This document shows positions 9,301-17,896 of a stretch of 32,000 bases of DNA, piece by piece. Under the pieces are notes generated by a model, which saw only the letters and a program-made list of their open reading frames with translations, did no database searches and had not been told where the DNA came from. Position 1 is the first letter of the stretch. The number at the start of each line of letters is the position of its first letter. The position numbers and the translations under genes were made by a program. Source of the DNA: Wolbachia endosymbiont strain TRS of Brugia malayi (GTDB taxonomy: Bacteria; Pseudomonadota; Alphaproteobacteria; Rickettsiales; Anaplasmataceae); NCBI RefSeq assembly GCF_000008385.1, contig NC_006833.1:60001-92000 (forward strand), in the 5' to 3' direction.

Positions 9301-12300
9301 TTAATAAACCTCAGTAGGCCTACCAGTTGGACCCATAAGAATGATTTGCTCACCTTCTCTTAAGTATCTGCATAAATTAGTAGAGCCTCCGGTTTCCAGC
9401 ACAATAGTGGAAATAAGTCCTTTTTTTTTGTTTACTTCAGTGCCGGTTACAGCTATACCTTCCATAGCAAAAGTTGTATTATTGATTTTTCTACTATTGG
9501 TTTCGAAATTTTGTAACCTAAAGAATTGTCCAGGTTGAAAGTTTTTTGCAGCAAGTGGTGCTTTAATTACTACTTCCACAACTTTATCTGTTAAATATTG
9601 GACTTTTACTACTTTCGCAGTAAATTGTTCTTTAATCCTGTTAAAGAATTCTTCATTAGTTCGGTGACTTAGTGTCATTCCAGTACGTAACACTGGGGTC
9701 CAATTCTTTGTTAATTTCGCCGAAAATGTTGCATATTGCGTTTGTTTATAACCGATTTTGCTGAACCCCAGTGTCACGCACTGGGGTGACAAGAAAGAAG
9801 AACTGGAATGATACCCTTTCTGGTGGAGGTTGCTTTTAAGCCATAATGTTTGTATGGCTGTGTGTCTGGGCACTGAGATGACATCCTTTGTGATGAAAGT
9901 TACCCTTATATTATAACATTCATATAGTTGCGTATGTGACGCTGAGATTCCAGTATTAAGTACTGAGGTAATAGGAGAAGATATTGGAATGACAGTAGCG
10001 GTGTTAGCTCCACTCAAAAGCTGGGAAATAATAGGGTAACCGTTCTTGGCGCTTGCCATAGCTTTCACGACGCTGCCACTATACGAAGGGTGAAGGTCGC
10101 CAAAAAAACTAATTGTTCTACCACCTTGTTTATACACTAATATTCTATCTTTGTTTTGCATTTTAGGAGAGAGTATTGGATCTATTTCCTCTCCTAGTGA
10201 GTTTAGGTGGGTGAAATATCCATTGCTTAATTTAAAGTGCTTTTTATCTTCTGTTGCAATAACCGTGTTTGGCTCAGTGCCTGCTGCTATGAGGATAGAG
10301 CGTGCTTTTATATACTTAATTTCATGAGATTTTGTGTCGATCAGTTTTATTGACTCAATATGGCTATATTTATCCGTCATAATTTCAACTGGCTCTGAGT
10401 TTTCGATGAAGTAGATTCCTTCTGACAATGCATTTTGCACCTCTTCGCTATTTAATCGATAACTTGGCGAATCTTTTAGCTCTTTTCTGTATACAACTTT
10501 CACTCCCCCTAAGCTCTGCATTAGCTCCAATATTTTTGCTTCTCTATTCTCTTTTTTCGCTAATTCTTTCTCTTTGCAGATCAGCTGTGCGTGTGATATA
10601 AACTCGTCCGCAATTTCGCGTTCTTCTTCTGTCCAGTCTTTTTCAACATAGTCTTTTCCATATTTATCAACCAATACTTCGTAACGAAGAAGAAATTTTT
10701 CTGCTTGAATTGGATAGTACGCTAAAGCTTCGGTTGCAGTGTCAATTGCGGTGAGTCCCGCACCTATGATAACTATCGGCATACGGACTTGCAGGTTTGC
10801 TAAGGAATCAAGTTTGAGAGCACCAGTGAGTTGTAATGACATCAGAAAATCGGAAGCCATACGCACTCCACGAGCTAGTATATTCTTTATTTTTATCATT
10901 CTTGGTTTGCCAGAACCAAGTGCTAGGGCTATGTGATTAAAACCCAAATTGAACGCATCATCAACGGTTACTGTGCCACAGAAGCGAATACCTCCATAGA
11001 TTGCAAAATTCTCACGTCTTTCCAGTAATAATCTAATGATCTTTAAGTAATTTTTATCCCACCGAGAGGTAATGCCGTATTCTGCTACTCCACCAAACCC
11101 GTCAGCTATACGTTCACTCAATTTTTCATGTTTAAAATCTTTAATTGGCTGGAGATCATCGTTCAAAGGCTCTATTTTTAATCCATCAATAGCGATAACA
11201 TTGTGTCCATCATTTAATAAATGATGAGCTAAGTTAAAACCTGCAGGACCGAGCCCAACAACTAAGACGTTTTTTCCAGTATTTTCTTTTGGCAATGGCT
11301 GCTGAAAGTTTAAGGGGTTCCAGCGGCTAAGTAGAGAATATATTTCAAATCCATACGGCAAACTGAGCACATCATCCAAAATTCTTGTTTCAACCATTGG
11401 CACATTCACGGGTTCTTGTTTTTGATATATGCATGAATTCATGCAGTCATTGCATATTTTATATCCGGTAGCTGCACATAGCGGATTATCTATCATCGCA
11501 ATTGCAAGGCTTGCTATGTTGTACCCTTCACTTTTCACCAGATTCATTTCTGATATTTTCTGTTCCAGTGGGCAGCCGTGCAGTTCAACCTTGAGTGGTG
11601 ATCTTTTAAAGGTATTGTAGTTATTCAATAGACTTTTTATGCATCCCTCTGACATCTGAGTGCATTTCCCTGTCATCCCGGTGCTTGATACCGGGATCCA
11701 CTCTTCTTTTTTTTTGGATTTCAGTGTCATATGCTGGAATGACAACGAAGTTTCCAATAACCCTTTTGAACAGCTATCCTTATTTTGTTTATGACAGAAT
11801 ATGCAATAGTGAGCATTATCTAATGCTTTATCTAAACTTACCTTTTCACTTGTTAGATCAAAGCCATATCGTCTTTTTATTTTGTTTGAATACAGCACTT
11901 CAACTTTATCCACTTCTTTTTTAGAAAATGATATCAGATTTTCGTGATCAATTTTTCTGTGAATGTTAAAGAGTATACTTCGTTTATTTTTCACTCTCCA
12001 CGCTGCATATTGTGCTGCAAGTTCTATTTCATCTTTATGGTTTTCTCTGTCTTCAAACCAGTGCATCACCTGCTCGGCAAAAATTTTTTCTGTTGTTGGT
12101 AAAGTAAGAAAGCAATTTAGTTCACTGGTAACATAATCAATATCTATATTCTCTGTATCGGCATATTTCTTCAATGCGTAGCGCTGAACAAATAACCTTT
12201 TACATTTGTATATTACAGCAAAGTCGTTGTGCTTTTTCTTTAACTCTTCTATTTCTTTTTCAACATTGAAAAGTTTTGCAATAAACCCATCGAGTAAATA

Positions 12301-12636
12301 CGCAAGATCTATAATCAACTGGCTATCTGTCATTTGACTAGCTGACATTGGGTGTTTCCTGGATTCTAGTGTCGCGCACTGGAATGACACCGAAGAAGAA
12401 GCTGTGTTTTTGCTTGACACTGGTTCTTTTTTTCTAGATTCTGATGTCCAATACTGAAATGATGCTGAAGAAGGGGTTGTTTCTTCTCTCGCTTCAATCA
12501 ATGAGCAAAATAAATCTTCATCGCATGATTTGATATAATCTAAAAATGCCTCGTCTAATTTTATTAATCCATTGCGAGTGTATAAATTCGAAAATGAGGC
12601 ATTAAAATTCAGCAGCATTACTATATTATACAGCAC
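9301..12636 (-). CDS. Large multidomain FAD/NAD(P)-dependent oxidoreductase: N-terminal extension, then a Cys-rich GltD/NfnB-like pyridine-nucleotide oxidoreductase core, then a C-terminal PyrK/NfnA-type FAD-binding barrel; carries in-frame palindromic-repeat insertions
   Basis: 1111-codon ORF with no stop in an AT-rich background. It has Cys clusters (HYCIFCHKQNKDSC.., ..NPLCAATGYKICNDCMNSCIY..) and two Rossmann motifs (VLVVGLGPAGFNLAHHLL.., ..IVIIGAGLTAIDTATEA..). The ferredoxin-reductase-type barrel reads FTAKVVKVQYLTDKVVEVVIKAP..FQPGQFFRLQNF..GEQIILMGPTGRP. Start is GTG at 12636 or ATG at 12618. Confidence 0.85.
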   Translation of the reverse strand: MLYNIVMLLNFNASFSNLYTRNGLIKLDEAFLDYIKSCDEDLFCSLIEAREETTPSSASFQYWTSESRKKEPVSSKNTASSSVSFQCATLESRKHPMSASQMTDSQLIIDLAYLLDGFIAKLFNVEKEIEELKKKHNDFAVIYKCKRLFVQRYALKKYADTENIDIDYVTSELNCFLTLPTTEKIFAEQVMHWFEDRENHKDEIELAAQYAAWRVKNKRSILFNIHRKIDHENLISFSKKEVDKVEVLYSNKIKRRYGFDLTSEKVSLDKALDNAHYCIFCHKQNKDSCSKGLLETSLSFQHMTLKSKKKEEWIPVSSTGMTGKCTQMSEGCIKSLLNNYNTFKRSPLKVELHGCPLEQKISEMNLVKSEGYNIASLAIAMIDNPLCAATGYKICNDCMNSCIYQKQEPVNVPMVETRILDDVLSLPYGFEIYSLLSRWNPLNFQQPLPKENTGKNVLVVGLGPAGFNLAHHLLNDGHNVIAIDGLKIEPLNDDLQPIKDFKHEKLSERIADGFGGVAEYGITSRWDKNYLKIIRLLLERRENFAIYGGIRFCGTVTVDDAFNLGFNHIALALGSGKPRMIKIKNILARGVRMASDFLMSLQLTGALKLDSLANLQVRMPIVIIGAGLTAIDTATEALAYYPIQAEKFLLRYEVLVDKYGKDYVEKDWTEEEREIADEFISHAQLICKEKELAKKENREAKILELMQSLGGVKVVYRKELKDSPSYRLNSEEVQNALSEGIYFIENSEPVEIMTDKYSHIESIKLIDTKSHEIKYIKARSILIAAGTEPNTVIATEDKKHFKLSNGYFTHLNSLGEEIDPILSPKMQNKDRILVYKQGGRTISFFGDLHPSYSGSVVKAMASAKNGYPIISQLLSGANTATVIPISSPITSVLNTGISASHTQLYECYNIRVTFITKDVISVPRHTAIQTLWLKSNLHQKGYHSSSSFLSPQCVTLGFSKIGYKQTQYATFSAKLTKNWTPVLRTGMTLSHRTNEEFFNRIKEQFTAKVVKVQYLTDKVVEVVIKAPLAAKNFQPGQFFRLQNFETNSRKINNTTFAMEGIAVTGTEVNKKKGLISTIVLETGGSTNLCRYLREGEQIILMGPTGRPTEVY
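9671..9995. repeat. Cluster of palindromic-repeat units inside the 1111-aa ORF (linker region)
   Basis: Units found: 9671-9700 agtgtcattccagtacgtaacactggggtc; 9764-9816 aaccccagtgtcacgcactggggtgacaagaaagaagaactggaatgatac (perfect 8-bp stem ccccagtg/cactgggg); 9866-9886 ctgggcactgagatgacatcc; and 9936-9995 gtgacgctgagattccagtattaagtactgaggtaataggagaagatattggaatgacag, which is position-by-position homologous to 9764-9816. 9676-9685 gtcattccag can also pair long-range with 9803-9812 ctggaatgat. Confidence 0.7.
11671..11750. repeat. Composite two-hairpin palindromic element inside the 1111-aa ORF
   Basis: tgtcATCCCGGTgcttgatACCGGGATccac-tcttcttttttttt-ggatttcagtGTCATatgctggaATGACaacgaag. It translates on the minus strand as ..SLSFQHMTLKSKKKEEWIPVSSTGMTGK... 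Confidence 0.7.
12358..12470. repeat. Two tandem units of the same palindromic element inside the 1111-aa ORF (N-terminal region)
   Basis: The units are cctggattctagtgtcgcgcactggaatgacaccgaag and tttctagattctgatgtccaatactgaaatgatgctgaag. The spacer (gcttgacactgg..) is homologous to the first hairpin of 11671-11750. The translation is ..SSASFQYWTSESRKKEPVSSKNTASSSVSFQCATLESRKHP... Confidence 0.7.
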
Positions 12637-12663
12637 ATATACTGTTTTTCACAGATAAAAATT

Positions 12664-13104
12664 TTATATGTTTTGCAGCATAGCTAAAATTGTTGCTTCT
12701 GCAACTTTTTCCTCGCCAACATATGCGAAACACTCAAATTTACAAACGCTTAAGCGTGCATTTTTAAAGTCAGCTTGGAGAATCAATGTATCTCCTGGGG
12801 TAACTGGCTTCCTGAATTTTGCATTTTCAATGGACATAAGGTAAACAACTTTATTTTCCATCGTACTTTTACTGCCTTTGCCAAGAATACATATTGCAGA
12901 TGCCTGGGCCAAGGATTCAACTATTAAAACTCCTGGCATTATTGGATGATTGGGAAAGTGGCCAATAAAAAACGGCTCATTGAAAGTCACATTTTTAATT
13001 GCTTTTATACTTTTACTTGGATCGCATTCTATCACTCTATCTACTAAGAGAAATGGATAAGAGTGTGGTAATATTTTTATAATATCACTGATATTAAACT
13101 GCAT
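12664..13104 (-). CDS. fabZ: 3-hydroxyacyl-[ACP] dehydratase FabZ
   Basis: 146 aa with hot-dog fold motifs: [14 protein letters not shown].., ..[26 protein letters not shown]... Confidence 0.95.
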   Translation of the reverse strand: MQFNISDIIKILPHSYPFLLVDRVIECDPSKSIKAIKNVTFNEPFFIGHFPNHPIMPGVLIVESLAQASAICILGKGSKSTMENKVVYLMSIENAKFRKPVTPGDTLILQADFKNARLSVCKFECFAYVGEEKVAEATILAMLQNI

Positions 13105-13121
13105 GATACCTTAGAGTAAGC

Positions 13122-13682
13122 CTAGTTAACTCCTTTCAAAGTAAATTCTGGTATTTCCTTATTTATATTTTTTAATACTACATCTGATAAATCAATTTCA
13201 TTCATGGAGTATAAAACTTGATTTTTCTTTGAAATAAATAATACTAAGTCTATGTTGTTTTTTTCTGCTGTTTTTTTAGCAACTTCTTTTATCTTGTTAA
13301 AAACACTATCTACTGCGTCCCTATAACTTTCTTCCAGGTATGACATTTTTTTAGTGTAATTATCTCTAGCATTTAAAGCTAGCTTGTTAAATTGCTCAGC
13401 CCTTTCTTTTTTTGCTTCTTCTGACAAAAGTTCAAGTTCTTCTTTGGAAGGCTTAAGTTTGTCTAGCTCATTTTCGAACTCCTGCTGCAGCTTAGAGTTT
13501 TGCTCTTTTATTTGCTGTTGTATATTGTGCAAAGCAAGAGATTCATTGATAACTTTGTCACTATCAATAATTGCAACTTTTATGTTAAGCACACTCTGAG
13601 GTTGGTGTTTTACAACCTTGTAACCTGCAAATAAGGAAATAACTAAGGCAATAACTGATATAAACAATTGTGTATATTTCAT
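13122..13682 (-). CDS. skp: OmpH/Skp-family periplasmic chaperone
   Basis: 186 aa with an N-terminal signal/anchor and a long charged coiled-coil body. It sits in the canonical position directly downstream of bamA, and its start codon abuts the bamA stop. Confidence 0.85.
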   Translation of the reverse strand: MKYTQLFISVIALVISLFAGYKVVKHQPQSVLNIKVAIIDSDKVINESLALHNIQQQIKEQNSKLQQEFENELDKLKPSKEELELLSEEAKKERAEQFNKLALNARDNYTKKMSYLEESYRDAVDSVFNKIKEVAKKTAEKNNIDLVLFISKKNQVLYSMNEIDLSDVVLKNINKEIPEFTLKGVN

Positions 13683-16019
13683 TTAAATCCCCACTTCAAT
13701 AGAAAATTTAATATTTGATGATGGTATTATATCATAGGGCTCCTTAGCTAAAGGAAATCCAAAATCTAACCTAAATCTACCACCAAAAGGAGAAGGCATT
13801 GAAAAACCAAAGCCTGGTGAAACTCTCACGAGCTTACTATCGTGATATTTCCCCTCATACTCCTTTTTAATATCTAAGCCAAAAAGTGTTGCATAGTCAA
13901 CAAATAATGAGCCTTTGATACCAACGTAATCGTATAATTTTGGTAGTGGAAAATCCACTTGTTGTGTTAGATTAAAATAAGTTTTGCCTCCTAACGAACT
14001 TTTATTTTTATCTTTTGCTCTTGGCCCAATACCAGAAAGGTCAAACCCCCTAATCTCATTACCGCCTTTAAAAAAGCGCTGGCCAATGTTTAGCTCTTTA
14101 TCAGTATAGGAAAAAATATAACCTGCTGCCATTTTAAAACGCAGTATTATATCATCATCAATTTTACTTAATATAGGATGCGTATAAAAAGATAAGAATT
14201 CAGATTTTAGGAAATTCATATTTCCTCCAAGCCCAGAGATATCCTGACTTAAACGCAACAAATACCCCTCTCTTGGAGCATAAAGATTGTCCAGTTTATT
14301 ATATGCTAATGTATATCCTACTGATGAAATTTGGTATTCACCTTGTTGACTCCGTATTATCTCAGAGATATCTTCATCTTTTCCACCCTTATTGTCCATG
14401 TGTATATGGTTATACTTATAAGAATAACGAATAGAATTAGTTAAGTTTTCTATAATTTTATGTAATAATTGTGCTATCCCTCCCCAGTCACAGCTATCAA
14501 AAGTAGTGTTTGGTTTATCTTGTCTTTCATAAAATACATCTACACCTAGTGATGTATCAGAATCATTAAAGTTATTTTCAACAACTTCTACATTGGTAGA
14601 AAATACATATTGACTTTTCTCAAGGGCGAAGGAGAGCTCTTTTCCAGTACCAAATAGATTACGGTCTTTGAAATCAGTTTTTATAAATGCTCCACCAGGA
14701 AAAGATACACCTCCTCCTAAATACAACGAAGTAGTATTTTTTTCTTTAACATTTAAGTCAAGATTTACTGCATTATCATTAATTGCATAACTATTTATTT
14801 TTACTGTTTCGAAGAAATCACTACCAATTAGTCTTCTACGTGACTTTTGAACCTCAGATGTATTGTACGCGTCACCTTCTGCTACACTGAGCTTGCTTCT
14901 AATTACTTTATCTAAAGTACGATCATTACCGTCGATTGTAATCTGATTTATATAAATTTTTTTACCTGGCAACACTCTATAAGTTACATCTACAACATTA
15001 CCGTGCTGTGTGTATTCTGGATTAACTTTTGCAAATATATATCCTATCTCGTTTAAATACTTGTTTATTTTTTCTACTGCATTGCTCACTTTAACCCTAT
15101 CGAATACTTTATTGTCTTCTTTAGTTATCAGTTCCAATACTTTCTCTTTTAAGTCTGGATCTTGAATTTCAGCTTCAACATTAACTTTGTTACTTCCAAA
15201 TAAATATTGTTGTCCTTCATCGATTAAAAAAGTTAACTCTATTTGATTATTATTATCAATTTCGGCAATTGGCTGAATACTATTATTAATATACCCCTTG
15301 GATGAATAAAAGCGATCGAGTAATTCTTCATTAGTTAACAAATACTGTGGCGAATAATGATTTCCACCTTTAAAAATGGCTCTAAACAACTTATTAAATA
15401 TATCATTACTTTGCACTTTTATAGCTCGCTCTAGCTCATTTTCAGAAAAGTTTTTATTACCTATAAATCTTACACTCTTAACTCTAGAGGTTTTACCTTC
15501 CTTTACTTTAAAGATTAAATTAACCCTATTACCATCAAGCTTGTCCAGCTCATATTCAACTTTAACACCAATCTTACCATTATGTCTGTAGAGAGTGACT
15601 AAATTCACTAAATCACTCTGCAATTTTGTCTCAGTGAAAATAGTTAAAGGTTTTGATTGGATAACATTATTTAGTAGTTCTTTGCTTTTAAATTGCTTAT
15701 TACCTTTTAATATTACCTTGTTAATCAACGGATTTTCTTGGACTTTTATTACCAATTTTTTTTCATTATCGATATAGGCATGAACACTAGCAAATAACTT
15801 TGTTTTATATAAGCTTTTTATAATCGAATCTATGTCGTCGTCATTTACATAACTATCGGGCTCTAATTTGATATAAAACTTTATTGTTTGATCGCCAACC
15901 CGCTCATTGCCAATGCATTTGATATCCTTTATTTGTGTTTTTTCATTATTTTCTGAAGCGGCAAGTAGGATAGGAAAAGAGATAAAAATTACTATTAGTA
16001 TATAAGATAGTTTTCTCAT
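13683..16019 (-). CDS. bamA: Outer membrane protein assembly factor BamA (Omp85)
   Basis: 778 aa with a signal peptide, POTRA-like repeats (..IKDIKCIGNERV.., ..VKSVRFIGNKNFS..) and a C-terminal beta-barrel ending in alternating aromatic residues (..FRLDFGFPL..IKFSIEVGI). Confidence 0.95.
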   Translation of the reverse strand: MRKLSYILIVIFISFPILLAASENNEKTQIKDIKCIGNERVGDQTIKFYIKLEPDSYVNDDDIDSIIKSLYKTKLFASVHAYIDNEKKLVIKVQENPLINKVILKGNKQFKSKELLNNVIQSKPLTIFTETKLQSDLVNLVTLYRHNGKIGVKVEYELDKLDGNRVNLIFKVKEGKTSRVKSVRFIGNKNFSENELERAIKVQSNDIFNKLFRAIFKGGNHYSPQYLLTNEELLDRFYSSKGYINNSIQPIAEIDNNNQIELTFLIDEGQQYLFGSNKVNVEAEIQDPDLKEKVLELITKEDNKVFDRVKVSNAVEKINKYLNEIGYIFAKVNPEYTQHGNVVDVTYRVLPGKKIYINQITIDGNDRTLDKVIRSKLSVAEGDAYNTSEVQKSRRRLIGSDFFETVKINSYAINDNAVNLDLNVKEKNTTSLYLGGGVSFPGGAFIKTDFKDRNLFGTGKELSFALEKSQYVFSTNVEVVENNFNDSDTSLGVDVFYERQDKPNTTFDSCDWGGIAQLLHKIIENLTNSIRYSYKYNHIHMDNKGGKDEDISEIIRSQQGEYQISSVGYTLAYNKLDNLYAPREGYLLRLSQDISGLGGNMNFLKSEFLSFYTHPILSKIDDDIILRFKMAAGYIFSYTDKELNIGQRFFKGGNEIRGFDLSGIGPRAKDKNKSSLGGKTYFNLTQQVDFPLPKLYDYVGIKGSLFVDYATLFGLDIKKEYEGKYHDSKLVRVSPGFGFSMPSPFGGRFRLDFGFPLAKEPYDIIPSSNIKFSIEVGI

Positions 16020-16026
16020 ATTTATC

Positions 16027-17151
16027 TTAAAAAAGATGCCTTATATCATTTGAGATTGCGATTGCCATTAGCAAGAACAAAACGGAAGCACCAAAAGTAG
16101 CTGCATATTTTTGATACTTCAAACTCAAATCTCTACGTATAACTGCTTCTATAATGTAGTGAAATAAATGTCCACCATCGAGTAATGGAATTGGCAGCAA
16201 GTTAATCGCAGCTAAATTAGCTGAGATAATTGCCATAAAGTATAAAACCATAATAAATCCTTTTTTAGCTGATTGCCCTGAATATTTTGCGATTTTTATC
16301 GGTCCACCTATTTCATTTACACTCCTCTTACCAACGATAATTTGAAAGAGAGCTTTGATTGTTAAGCACATAGTATGATAAGTTTCGCTTACTGACAAGC
16401 TCACAGCTCCAAAAAAAGATGACTGCCTTAACTCCTTTATGTTAACTGAAGTAATTCCTATGGTTTTTCTTTCTATTATGTTGCCAAAAATATCCTTATC
16501 TTCAATTGTCAATGGGGTAAGACTAGTGCTATACTCCTCATTATTCCTACTATATTTAATTTCTATTTTCGTTTCAGGGTTTGACATCATTACACGTGAA
16601 ATATCTTCAAAGTATTTTATTTTATACTCATTAATCTGTGTAATAGTGTCACCTGGTAATAGGCCAGCCTGCTTTGCTGCACTGCCTTCAATCACCTTTC
16701 CAATTACTGGTGGAGTGTGATAATAACCTACTACACTAAAAAATACCGTCAGGGCTATAATGGCAAATATCATATTTGCAAATGGTCCTGCAAAAACTAT
16801 TGCTGCTTTTTGATATCGAGGTTTTGTATGGAGTGAATATGACTTTTCCTCTTCGGTTAATTCTTGTTGATCAATTGGGGTGTTCGCTGCATTGTTGTCT
16901 CCTAGCATTTTAACATAGCCGCCAAGTGGAATAGCACTTAATTTCCATCTGGTTCCAGACTTATCGTAAAAACCAAAAATTCCTGGACCGAAGCCTATAG
17001 AAAAAGACTCAACTTTAACTTTGTATGCTTTGGCAATAATGTAATGTCCATATTCGTGCACAAATACTATGACAGAGATAATTAAGGAAAATGACAAAAA
17101 ATTATATATTCCACCGCCAAGTTGATGGATAAGATTAGAAATTAGTTCCAC
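16027..17151 (-). CDS. rseP: RIP zinc metalloprotease RseP (site-2 protease)
   Basis: 374 aa with a GTG start. It has the HEYGHY zinc motif in TM1, a PDZ segment (..GSAAKQAGLLPGDTI..) and the C-terminal NLLPIPLLDGG motif. Confidence 0.93.
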   Translation of the reverse strand: MELISNLIHQLGGGIYNFLSFSLIISVIVFVHEYGHYIIAKAYKVKVESFSIGFGPGIFGFYDKSGTRWKLSAIPLGGYVKMLGDNNAANTPIDQQELTEEEKSYSLHTKPRYQKAAIVFAGPFANMIFAIIALTVFFSVVGYYHTPPVIGKVIEGSAAKQAGLLPGDTITQINEYKIKYFEDISRVMMSNPETKIEIKYSRNNEEYSTSLTPLTIEDKDIFGNIIERKTIGITSVNIKELRQSSFFGAVSLSVSETYHTMCLTIKALFQIIVGKRSVNEIGGPIKIAKYSGQSAKKGFIMVLYFMAIISANLAAINLLPIPLLDGGHLFHYIIEAVIRRDLSLKYQKYAATFGASVLFLLMAIAISNDIRHLF

Positions 17152-17247
17152 CTATGTTTTTTTTAGATCTTAACCAAGTGTTAAGTATATTAAAACATGC
17201 CTCGCTTGACAAATGCTTAATTTAATCTTTTAATTAAAAAAAATTCA

Positions 17248-17529
17248 ATGACAATGACAGATATCTCTTTACTAAGAAGAAAATTGATATATAGAAGCTG
17301 GCATAGAGGCTGCAAAGAAACCGATATCCTTTTAGGATACTTTGCGCTGAATTATCTTGATAAATTTTCCCTGAACGAACTAATTGAGTATGAAAAAATA
17401 GTTGATCTTGATGACTATGAGTTATATTGCTATATAACTTGCAAGACAAATCTTCCTTCTAACTTAAGTAGTGATATAGTCAATTTGATTACTCATTTTA
17501 TTAAAGCTAATCCTTTATGCACTCAATGA
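17248..17529 (+). CDS. sdhE: Succinate dehydrogenase flavinylation/assembly factor SdhE (SDHAF2, DUF339)
   Basis: 93 aa. RRKLIYRSWHRGCKETDILLGYF...LDDYELYCYI matches the family pattern with the RGxxE motif. Confidence 0.8.
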   Translation: MTMTDISLLRRKLIYRSWHRGCKETDILLGYFALNYLDKFSLNELIEYEKIVDLDDYELYCYITCKTNLPSNLSSDIVNLITHFIKANPLCTQ

Positions 17530-17824
17530 TCTTATTTACCCTATCTAATACTTCAGTATATTCTGTTCTTTTTTCGTTTTTATAGTTTTCACGTTTTTGA
17601 TTTATTTCATCCAACTTTTTTGTTAGCTCTAAAACTTTATCTTCAAGAATCAATGCTGCAAGCAGGAAATTTAATGTATCCGAGCCCTTACCTCCAGTTT
17701 TGTGAGATATAGAACTAACTAGTTTGTTAAAACTATTAGCAAGATGTAGTAAATGATCCTTCTTTCCACTTTCACAAGATATTTTATATGTACTATTACG
17801 TATAACTATTTCTACTACTTGCAT
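17507..17824 (-). CDS. zapA: Cell division protein ZapA
   Basis: 105 aa. The N-terminal beta region VEIVIRNSTYKISCESGKKDHLLHLANSF.. is followed by ..LNFLLAALILEDKVLEL.. and a coiled-coil tail, which is the typical ZapA layout. Its 3' end overlaps the sdhE 3' end by 23 nt (convergent). Confidence 0.7.
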   Translation of the reverse strand: MQVVEIVIRNSTYKISCESGKKDHLLHLANSFNKLVSSISHKTGGKGSDTLNFLLAALILEDKVLELTKKLDEINQKRENYKNEKRTEYTEVLDRVNKIIECIKD

Positions 17825-17896
17825 ATAATGCTGAAAGTTTTTATTGTACAGTGTTAACTTAAACCTCTGCTTTTATCTTGTTTGCAGTATAAACTT

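Noticed and set aside
9671-12470. CRISPR array or other spaced-repeat array
   Set aside because: The repeats are irregularly spaced, differ in length and orientation, lie inside a long ORF and are hairpin-type dispersed elements. There is no constant repeat-spacer periodicity and there are no cas genes.
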